This document shows positions 1-10,866 of a DNA stretch of 64,000 bases, one piece after another (the first letter of the stretch is position 1; every line of letters starts with the position of its first letter). Source of the DNA: Geosiphon pyriformis uo1 (lineage: Eukaryota; Fungi; Glomeromycota); the NCBI GenBank assembly GCA_016748015.1, contig JAAOMT010000198.1, positions 356,797 through 420,796 on the forward strand. The letters are read 5' to 3'. Under the pieces are notes generated by a model. The model saw only the letters and a program-made list of their open reading frames with translations, did no database searches and was not told the origin of the DNA. The position numbers and the translations under genes were made by a program.

Positions 1-1894
1 AAGGGAAGTAGTGGTGTTTTATGATTTCAAATTAGTAATATAAGAACCTTAGAAATAGTATCGAGGGAATCTTCGGAAAAGACAAGAGGCATGGTGTAAA
101 GTCAAAAATTACGTGTTTACTGCTATCGAGGTGAAAAATTTGCTTGTAATATTAAGAATATACTAAATTACTATATAATTGTTGCCAATTCATAAAATAT
201 TATTAATAAAATTACCAGTGATTAGAAATAATTTAAAACTTGTTTAACTTTCTATCTGATCTAATTTGGTCATAAATCTACTATCAATATAGTAATTATT
301 AAATTGCTTGTACTTTTTAACTTTGCATAAAAGAGGATTATAAAAAATTTGTCACAATAAAGAAAAGATCTTATTTTAATTTAAATTATTATGAACTTTA
401 TAACTACTTATAAATCTAATATCTATTATAATATAATTAATTCTGTTAGTATAAATACTACCAAAAAATTTAATAAAATTATCACATATTTTAATTTTAT
501 GTAAATTATTTTTAAGATAAGACCAGTCTACTAAATTATATACTTTGTATATATTTTATAAAATAAGTTATAATTCATGGTTTTTTTCAAGATATTTTTT
601 ATTATTAATTTTATTATAAAAATTGGTAAAAATATTAAAATACTCTTTATGACTGAAAATTTATTTTTATACAGAATATTAAATTTGTTATAAATATTAA
701 AAATATAATTAAACAAGATTTTTAATAAAATTTTTCTTGTAGTTTTAATTAACACAATTAAATAAATATTAATTAAACACTTATCCAATTATAAAGCTTA
801 GAAATTATTAAAACTTATATATGTTTTTACTAAATAAATATAAACTCTAAAATTAAGCAAAAATTTAACAAACTTAAAAACAAGTTAATAATACTTTTAT
901 TATATTGTTTTTATAATTTATTTATAATATTTAATAATTCAACTGTTTTGCTATTAAAAAAATTTTTAATTATATTATAAAGCTTTAATTAATCAATTTA
1001 ATCTATTATATAAATAAAAACATTATTATTATATAATTAAAAAAAAAATACTGGTTTTATTAAAAAAAAATTTATTTAATATTATACAGATTTGTGTTTA
1101 TTTTTTTATAATAAATTTACAAATAATTTAACATCTTTAAAATTCAATACAAATTTGTTATTAATTATTAAGTAATTAAAAATTATCTTGTAAAATAGAT
1201 ACTTTAATATATTGTATATTATTTGGTTTTTATTATTAACAAAATTGTTTATATATTTACTAATTATAATATTAATTTTATATAATTTAATTCTTGAAAC
1301 TTTAGAAAATGATAATATTTTTTGTTTATAATAGAACCAAATATAATATATTATAATTTAAATTATTATATACCAAATTTTAGATTATAATAATTTTCAA
1401 AAGATTTAAAACTAATTATTTGATTATAAACTAAATAAAACTAAAATTTAGAACTAAAACTAACACTTTAAAAATTTTAGACACCAAAATTTTTAATTTA
1501 TAAAAATAGAATATGTACATATTTTTTATACAAAATAATTTATTAAACTAAAACTTTAAAAATATTTATTCTATATTATAATACATAATATTTTTAAACA
1601 AAATTTATATTGTATTTAGATTACTATTTGTTCTTAAAACTTTAAAAGCATTCAAAAATACAACAGTTAAAGATAAAAAAACTTTTTTAAATATTGCTTA
1701 TTTCGAATTATTAATGTTTTTAAAATTGAATTTTTAGTAATTTTTGTTAACTTATTTATTTTTATTTTTTTTTATTGCTTTATGAGTGAGGTCCAAATGC
1801 CACCTAATACAATACATCATATAAATAATCTAAACTAGGTGCAAATTATGCTTTTTCTACATGTAACCAGCCACTCAGACTGATCAAGACACCA

Positions 1895-2660
1895 CTACAC
1901 AGCTATGTGAACTGAAACATCATTGCCAATACCAAAAAAGAATGAACATGACCTACGGAAACCAAAACGAACACTAAAAGCATCAACAATTCTAAGCAAC
2001 CTAATAACACCAGTAAACAGTCCTGACGACAGACCAGAAATTGAAGCAGATATCAAACCATCAGATGGAATCAACCCATTCTTTTCCATGAGAGCTTGGT
2101 GTTTAGCACAGACTAACCATATGCCATCTTTGAAGCTGAGATTGAAAGCATGCACAAATTCCACAATTCTCCGACCTATGAGTTTGGGATTATGAAAGAC
2201 AGACACAGCTTCCTGGAACCAATTGTCAAAAACAAAAATCTTTAAAAAGGGCTGTGGACATAGAAACATCAAAAGCACAAGACAACAGAAGCTAAGACAC
2301 ACAAGAAGAGTAACAAAAAAGACTAGAAATCAGCTTCCAGAAAGCTGCATGGGTTTCCAACAACTGATGGTGAGTAGAGAGGTCAATTACACAAGAGAAA
2401 ACATGATCAAAAAATTCAATTTCACTACAAAACAAACATAATACACTAGAGTAACATCTGGAGTATAGTTGTTTCCACACAACAACAGGCAGTTGATGGT
2501 GTAAGGCCTTCATAAAATATGTACACAAGCCAGCAGATGGTTTGCTTATAAAACCTGTAGCCATATGTAAATCAGGATGTCACATCTCAACCAATCAATA
2601 TCTAATACTAAATCACCCACCAGAAATTTCAAACCAGAACCAACTTTTCAATATGCATGA
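1895..2660 (-). pseudogene. LINE A ORF2 C-terminal part (after RNase H, including the Cys/His motif region)
   Basis: ATGF..YFMKALHHQLPV..CLFCSEIEFFDHVFSC, homologous to the ORF2 ends of LINE B and C; joins in frame to 12523 across the Ty3 insertion. Confidence 0.85.
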
Positions 2661-3639
2661 TGTTATTAGACAAAATTAGAGATATTATTTAGCATGAAAT
2701 TATCTTTATAATTCCTATCATTAATTAGCATATATTATCGATTCAAATTATCACTTATTACATTAGCAAAATGTCCGAAATTATCATTTAATTAATAATC
2801 CAATTTGTACATAACACAAATGTAACCTAATTGCAATGATCAATCATACAATACCCCAAAATATGTAACATTCAAAAGTTCGCCGAAATTTGTAAAAATT
2901 TGCCGAAATAATTGATAGTTCACCAAAATATCTAATAGTTTGTAGAAATAACTTGTAGTTTGCTGAAATGTATCTTTAGTTCAGTGAAATTGTAGAAAAG
3001 AGCAAAGTTCAAGTTCATAGAATAGTATTACAACAAGTTGTATAAAAGAAGAGCTTCTCTCTTTGAAAAAATATATCTTACTTTAGATTTATTACTTAGA
3101 ACCATTTCTACACATACAAAAAGAAATAAATATCAAATAATTCAAAAAACCAAATTCTTTAATTATTGCACTTAGAAAATCCTCAAAACCCAACTAACAT
3201 TTTGAAATTGATTAGCTACCAATTTCAGTAAACTGTTAGTGATTCCAGGCCTGGATAGAAAATGTTCTCTTGATAAAAATCTATTTCTTTTACATTTCTT
3301 TTATTTTTATTTTTTTTTTCTTATTACAATTATTAGGGTAGTCTACAGATGAGATTCCTGTAAAAGAATTGACTTTCACAGCAAAGTAACTACACATTTT
3401 TAGTGAGCTTCCAGATGAGCAATTCCTGGGAAAGAGTTGACGTTTATTACAATGTAACTACACAAGTAACTGGCACGGAATTGGCCATTCCACTTATAAG
3501 CCCAGCCATTCAAATTATAGAAGATAATTTGAAGATAAAATTCAGTTATCAGAGGTTCAAACACTTCCCATAGTCATGAATTAACAGCACTACAACAAAC
3601 ATACAAGAACTAAGAAGAGACCAAAAACCTCCAGTAACA
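2661..3639 (+). repeat. 5' LTR of Ty3 copy 1
   Basis: Direct repeat of 11555-12518; TATAAAAG near 3042 and AATAAA near 3125. Confidence 0.95.
2879..2988 (+). promoter_or_regulatory. U3 array of six TTCGCCGAA-like palindromes at an exact 20-bp period, upstream of the TATA box
   Basis: Cores start at 2879, 2899, 2919, 2939, 2959 and 2979; the array recurs in all five family-1 LTRs. Regulatory function is inferred. Confidence 0.7.
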
Positions 3640-3641
3640 TT

Positions 3642-3659
3642 TGGTGCTCTCTCATGGAA
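3642..3659 (+). other. Primer binding site (tRNA 3'-end complement)
   Basis: TGGTGCTCTCTCATGGAA 2 nt after the LTR; the least mutated version, TGGTGCTCTCCCACGGAA, is in copy 2. Confidence 0.85.
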
Positions 3660-3684
3660 ACAACACAGCAAAAACAATTTCAAA

Positions 3685-6600
3685 GTGGCGACCACACCAG
3701 ACGCAACAACTCTAGAGTATTACCAGTCAATTTACATCTACTGCAAGCAAAGATTTAACATTCCAGACGGAATTGAAGTTGTCAAGAAATCAGTATACCA
3801 ATACATTGAAAACCACATCAACAATTATCTTTTTAGAAATTACAATATTTCAGAAGTTAGAAGCAACTTTTACAATAATTTAGTACACTATTCACAATTG
3901 GGAACTGAAGACCTTAACAGTGAAACACTTGCCACTTACTTTCAAGAACTTAATTTTAACATTATCAAGTACTGTGAAGAAACATATCCAGTGCAGTCTT
4001 AATACTCTATTGATTTTGAATCAGAGACAGAAACAAGCAATAAAGGCAAACAAAAATTGAAGCAATACTCAAAAACCACACCAAATACTCCAATATTACC
4101 AAAAACAACTGCCAAACACTTACAAACACCTGAACAAGGAACCAATTCAAAACTTCCACTTACTATCACACCTTTTTCAGCTTTACTTACACAAGCACAA
4201 ACACCTAACTCACCCTTAAATTGATTTGCAAGACTAGAAGATTTTACATTACCCAGAAGTCCTACCAGACAACAAAAACCCCTTCAAACTAGTTCCAATC
4301 TCCTTGACTTTCTAGCTGAAAATCGAAATAAACACTCTGAGACAGCAGCAAACAAAGAAAACAACTCTGAAATATCTGAAGAAGAATCAATAGACAGTGA
4401 AAATGAAGAAGACAAAATGACAGCATACATTGCAAAAATCCCTGAATTTAATAGAGAAGACATTGAAACCAGTTCCCAAGAATGACTCGACCAAGTTACT
4501 AAAGCTGGAGATGCAAATAGATGGAATGCTGCCAGAATGTTAAGAATAATTCCTTACTTTCTCAAAGAAACAGCAGGTGAATGGTTTGAAAACTTGACCA
4601 CCCCTTTTAATGACTGGACAGCTTTTAAAACTGCCTTTTTAGAACAATTCACCAATAACAACACCTCAATCACACTTCGAAATTGTTTTTGTAATATTAA
4701 ACAAGAACTCTCTAAATCTGTCATGACTTATATTGGGAAATTCAACAAACTTCTTAGACGAATTTGCCAACTTGAAACTAATGATTATTATTCTGATGCT
4801 CAAATCTTGGATCAATTTATTGCTGGTTTAAAGAATAAACTGATTAAAAAGGTTCACCCACATGCTCCAGAAGATTTAAACTCTGTCATTCAGCATACAA
4901 AAAGATATGAAATGGCCATGGAAAAAGCCAATTGTACAAAACTTGTGAACTTAGCCATTGAAGAGACCAGCTTAGCAGTTGAAAAGAAAATTGACCAACT
5001 CACAAAGAAAGTCAAAAACTATTTTACCAACCAACAACAACAGCAACCCCAAAGATATCAACCACCCCAAAGATGGAATCAAAACAACTTCACATCATTC
5101 TTTAATAACCAGCCTCAGAATTGTCATTACTGTGAAATTCCTGGCCACTGAAAAAGAGATTGTAGGAAGCTACAACAAGACCAACAGAATAGGAGTAATC
5201 AACGTTACTCTTCACCACAACAATCTTATTACCAATTACCATTACCATCAGCTTACTATCCATCAAGACCACAATATCAAACTGATTACTATCAATTTGC
5301 TCTACAGCCAATGCAACAACAGTATCAACAACTCATTCAACATTACCAAGTATTTGCTTGAAGATTGGTTCAACAAAACCAATTTGCACCACAAAACCAA
5401 TTCGCAACAAACAACAACAGAATCAACCCAAATAACCAATTAGTTCTCCAAAATCCAGCTCAGCCAAGACCCACCCATTATTATACTCAACCTAGCTATC
5501 TTACAATACCTGAAGAACAGGATTTTCACCATACTGCACTCTCGGAAGGTAGAGCTGCAGCATGACAACAAAACCCTTCCTATACTCTTACCACAATCCC
5601 ACCAGCCAGAATTGCTGAAAATGCCAACCTTTCAGATATATTCCCTTTTGAGTTCGAAGCAAATAAGTCACCATTTCTGCTTAGCAATGCAGCTGCCAAT
5701 GAACAAAAAGCAATCACTGTTATGTACACTAAAGTAGAAATTGAAAGAAAGACAATTTGCTTGATCTTAGACAGTGAATGCACCGGAAGCATCATCACCT
5801 ACCAGTTAATGCAACAGTTAAAGAGAAATATCGACCAACTAGCTCAAACAGTAATCGTTATTGCTGATGGCATGAAAAAGACTTCAGTAGGAAAAATTGA
5901 CAATTTTCTGTTCACTCTTAATGAAATCATCATTCCAGTCAAAGTTCTTGTAATGGATGCACCCTAGTATTAAGCCCTTGTTGGAAATGATTGGCTCCAA
6001 AAAGCCAATGCAAAATTAGACTGGGAAACCCAAGAATTACAACTCTCCTATCAAGAACAACATGCCTGAGTACCCGCTACTTGTGGTACATTTAACAAAC
6101 GATCAGAGAAAGCTCCTGTCTTTGAATTTAAAGAAGAAAAAAAAAAGCCTGTAGTCAAAACATTTATGACAATTGAATCAACATCTAACTGGGCTGAAAA
6201 AACTGAGCAAACGTATTTTGCAACAAACTCATATCCAGAGGAACCAGAAACCCCTGGATAGAACATCCTATATTCTAAACCAGAACCAAAGAAACGACAC
6301 CCTTATATTCCGCTCAAATACAAGGACTGCCACAAGAAACTCTCCTCAATGGGAGCCTGCATTTCACCTGAAGAAGAATATGAAAATCATACTTGTTATT
6401 ACTGCAAAACTTGCCACAGAGAACAATAGGGCCATCTAATAAAAAGAAGTGGAAAATGGGACAACACCCCTTGTTTGACTTGTGGAAATATGCTACCAGA
6501 AGAATACAATTGGATTGATGTAGCAATGAGAAAAAGAGTCTGTGATCAAACCTGCCAATATGCTTTATTAATTTCAGAAAAAGTCAAAAGAAAAACATCT

Positions 6601-9312
6601 TTTGATGCAGCATACAACAATGCTTTCAACAAACTTTATCACTATCCTCATAATGCTGAAATGATTTTTGACCTAGCAATGGCATTAGTTAATAGAGCTA
6701 CCAAAGAAGATGTTCATTAAATAAAAGAAGCAGAATATATTGAATACACCATAGAATTAGCTGGATTCAATTATAAAGATGAAGTAAAAGTGTACCATTA
6801 AATTGCAAGTTACACCTACTCAACTAAAGAAGCTCAAACTCAATGGCTAGAATAAATGAACATTAAATTATGTAAGGAATGCATAATGCCTTGTGATGAA
6901 CAATAGTGTTCTGAATACTATGCTCTTAGCATTCTTTTGTCCAGTGAAAGTGATGAATATGAAATTGAATTTGGAGAACCTAAAGCAACAAAAGAAATTA
7001 AAACAATACCCATTTATCTCATTGAAAATCAGCCTGTTTTACAACTCAAATACTTCAACAACAATAGACAAGGAATAAAACCCGAAAAAGCACATGAAAT
7101 TAATGCTGGATATGACCTAAAATATCCAGACAAGAATACTCTTGTTCTTAAACCCAAATTTCTCACAAAAATCAACCTCAAAATTGCTCTTGAAATCCCA
7201 CCAGAAGCAATGGTTCAAATCACCTCTTGGTCCTCTCTGACAAGCAAAGGAATCAATGTCAGAGGAGGAATAATTGATGCTGGATATACTGGTAACATAA
7301 CAGTAATACTTCATAATGAAACTGACAAGCCATTTAAGATTGAACATGCCAAGAAAATTGCCCAAGCCATTTATTTACTCTTAATCAACATTTCGGGTTT
7401 ACAATTAGTCAATCAAAGAAAACTATTGGGAAAAAGTGAAAAAAAAACCCAAGGTTTTGGTTTAACTGGACGATTCATAGTTCCAGTAAACATAACTCTT
7501 AATGAACAGAAAGAATCTCACCAGATTTTATGACTTCCACAACCAATTACTATTTCACCCTTTGGAAAACACCCTGAAATTTACACTTGTAAAAAGCCAA
7601 CAACCACACAACAAATTTTTAAGTCCAATGAACAAATCTGCTTGGAACATAATATCTTGATTCCAAACATTTATATTCCAGAAGGAACAAAGAAAATCCA
7701 AGTTACTTTTTATAATTCTAACAATTTCCCCATAGTTTTATTAAATAACTTAAAAATTGGAGTTATTCACAGTAATATCTTTCAACAAGAACTACCCCAA
7801 ATAGTTCCCAATTTCTTGGAAATCATTGGACATTTACTACCAAAAATCAATCCAAACCCCAACTCTGAAAACTACTATGTTGTCATAGAAAAACTATCTC
7901 AAATCAACATAGGACAACTTGAACCACAACAACAGAGCCAGCTTAAAGAGCTAATTGCAGAATTTGCCAATATCTTTGCTGAAAACAACAATAACTTAGG
8001 AAGAACTGATTTGGTTCAACACCAAATCTATACAGAAAATGCCAAACCAAGACAACAGCAAGTCTACCAAGTTGCTTCAGAAAGTCACCAATTTATCCAC
8101 GAAGAAGTACAATGGATGCTCAACAATGGGCTTATTCAACCATCAATGAGTCCATGGGCTTCACCTGTAATCTTAGTTAAAAAGAAAAATGAAAAGATAC
8201 GATTTTGTGTTGATTATTGACAACTTAACAATGTCATCATTGGAGATGCCTACTCTCTTTCCCAAATTGATAACATGTTAGATGCTCTTGAAAAGTCCAA
8301 ATACTTTTTGATATTAGATTTAGAGAGTGAATACTGGCAAGTTGCCATGGATCTCAAAGATTGCCCTAAAACAGCATTCACCACTCAAGGAGGAAATTAC
8401 GAGTTTAATATAATGCCTTTCGGATTATACAATGTACCAGCAACATTCCAAAGATTTATGGATGTTGTTTATAAAGGCCTTCTTTGGAAATCAGTAGTTG
8501 TCTATCTCGATGATACTGATGTTTATTCACCATCTTTTGAATTACACTTAAAACACCTGCGCAAAGTTTTTCAACAATTATGGAAAGCAGGATTGAAACT
8601 AAACATCAAAAAATGCTACTTCGGAAAAACGAGTTTGGCCTTTCTTGGTCACATTGTTAGCCAAGATGGAATTAAACCAGATCCCGGAAAAATTAGCACT
8701 GTCAAAAACTTCAAGACTCCACAAAATACCACAGAATTAAAAGGATTTATTGGATTAGCATCCTATTACTGAAAATTTATTAAAGGATTCTCAGAAATCG
8801 CAAAACCCCTCAATCAGCTCACTACTAAAAACGTCAAATACAAATGGACGGAAAAACATCAAAAAGCTTTTGAAATTCTCAAGGAAAAGCTGACAACAGC
8901 TCCAATTCTTGCCTACCCAGACTTCAGTAACCGATTTCGACTAGCTATAGACGCTTCTTATACTGTCTTTAGTGCCATCTTATCACAATTAGATGACAAT
9001 GGAAATGAGCAAGTAATCGCTTATGCTAGCAGAACATTAAAACCAGCCAAGAAAAACTACCCTGCCACAGAATTAGAAACAGCAGCTGTAATTTGGGCCT
9101 TACACCACTTTAACCTTTATTTCAGGCCTAAAAAATTTGACATTATCACTGATAATATTGGACTCAAATGGCTTCAAAATAAAAACACTCAGCTGAATGC
9201 CAAACAAACCCAATAAACAGGATTTTTAGCCAACTACCGATATATTGTACACCACAAACCAAGAAAACTCCATACCAACGTTGATTGTCTCTTAAGAATG
9301 AGGCAAGATTAG
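3685..9312 (+). pseudogene. gag-pol single frame: N-terminal extension, Gag (CCHC), aspartic protease, Cys-rich region, dUTPase, RT, RNase H
   Basis: All track fragments (3685, 4537, 5365, 5722, 6475, 6937, 7642, 8275) share one frame and are broken only by stop codons; motifs CHYCEIPGH*KRDC, LILDS, AGYDL/GIIDAGYTG, MPFGL, YLDD and HTNVD. Confidence 0.93.
7050..7470 (+). pseudogene. dUTPase domain within the Ty3 pol frame
   Basis: Trimeric dUTPase motifs AGYDL, S(R/W)SS, GIIDAGYTG, IAQ and GFG(S)TG; motif 5 is intact as RGTQGFGSTG in copy 2. Confidence 0.92.
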
Positions 9313-9358
9313 AATACAAAACCAACACTTATTTGAATTAACAACAAAACAACAAACA

Positions 9359-10744
9359 ATGAACCCCAAAAACTACAACAATCTTAAACAATATTTGGAG
9401 ACATTAACAATCCCAACAGATTGGTTCTCAGATAAAAAACATCAGTTACAACAACAAGCCAAACAATACTTCTTACACAACAACATGATTTATTATCAAA
9501 ACTTCAGAAATCCAGACAATCCACTCAGATTAATACAAGAACATGAAAAAGAAACCATTTTATATAACATGCACTCAGACCTTTCATCAGCACACTTAGG
9601 AAAAGACAGCACCACCCAGAGAACACTAGAATATTACTTTTGATCTTAAATGAGAAAAGACATTTATGAATATGTTAAGTCTTGTGATAGTTGTCAAAGA
9701 AGAAAAGAAACTCGCTCTACAGAACCTTTAAACCCAATTAAAGTTGGACAGTCTTTTGACTGAGTTGATATCGATTTAGTTGGACCACTACCTATCACAA
9801 ACCAAGGAAACCATTATATTGCAGTAGCTGTAAACTATCTCACCAAATGGCCTGAAGCCAGAGCCATTCAACAAGCAGATGTGAAATTAGTAACAAACTT
9901 CATCTATGAAGACATTATTTGTAGACATGGATGTCTAATAGAACTTTTATCTGATCAAGGAACACATTTTGTGAACAATTTAATCCAAGAAATTTGTGGA
10001 CAATTTAATGTCAAGAGACCATTATCTTTGCCCTACCATCCATAAACAAATGGACTTGTAGAATGTTTCAATAGAACATTGTGTGAATCATTAGCCAAAG
10101 TCTCAACCAATTTTGAGCAAAAATGAGATTTTTTTATTCCATCAATATTACTAGTATATAGAACACTAAAACAAGATACCACAAAACACACACTATTTGA
10201 TCTAACCTACAGAAGGACAGCAACATTACCAATTAGTTTTACAATGGAAACATATCCAGTACAACCAATTAATAAAGACAACTTTCAGGAAACACTACAA
10301 TGAAGAGCCTATACTCTGCTTAGCACATTGAAAGGAAAATGACAAATAGCAGCCACCCATATTAAACACTCCCAAGTTTAACAAAAAGAATGGGATAACA
10401 ACAAATTGCCTCCAGTTATCAATGAATTTAAAATTGGAAACAAAGTTTTTTTACACAAAACTAAAGCTGAAAAACAATGGAGTAGAAAATTTGAAAATAA
10501 ATGAGATGGACCATTCTTTATTCATGAAGTCCTAGGCAATGAATCATATAAGCTAAGACTTGATGACAAAATCCTAGCAAAAGTTGCACATGAAGATCGT
10601 TTGAAACACTATAATTCCAGAAACAATTCTGAATCATTAATTCCACAAATTGGTACACATTCCCTTTTAATCAATCCCAAAGATATTTCTTGAAATTTAG
10701 AACCAATAGTTGTCATTGAACAACCTTCCAACTTGAACACTTAA
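9359..10744 (+). pseudogene. Integrase as a separate ORF (HHCC, DDE core, GPF/Y motif)
   Basis: Own ATG (MNPKNY...) 46 nt after the pol stop; MHSD..AHLG..CDSCQ, IDLVGP, LSDQG, GLVE(R/C)FN, DGPF; 462 codons with internal stops. Confidence 0.9.
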
Positions 10745-10866
10745 CTTAAATTTATTATTATAGTTATCCCCTTATAATTTAGAAACAATCTCACAAAAAC
10801 AAAGCAAAAATAACATAAAAACCCATACATTAAAAATAATTTTTTTTTATTTTCAAATCTCTTATA

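Noticed and set aside
531-788. 85-aa ORF in AT-rich DNA
   Set aside because: I/K/N/L/Y low-complexity translation expected by chance in extremely AT-rich sequence; no motif.
2879-2988. CRISPR-like repeat-spacer look of the U3 array
   Set aside because: Cores of 9 bp and spacers of 11 bp are far too short, the array lies inside a eukaryotic LTR, and no cas genes are present.
3228-3341. Possible 5' UTR intron in the LTR (GTAAAC or GTTAGT donor, pyrimidine tract, AG)
   Set aside because: The acceptor AG position is not consistent among the five LTRs; it needs RNA data.
3465-3510. Twister or hammerhead ribozyme resemblance (TAAC..GC...AAGCCC)
   Set aside because: The required catalytic core and pseudoknot pairings could not be assembled by eye.
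10560-10744. Chromodomain at the integrase C-terminus
   Set aside because: Only a short tail follows the GPF/Y motif, with no Y.VKW.G-type chromodomain signature.
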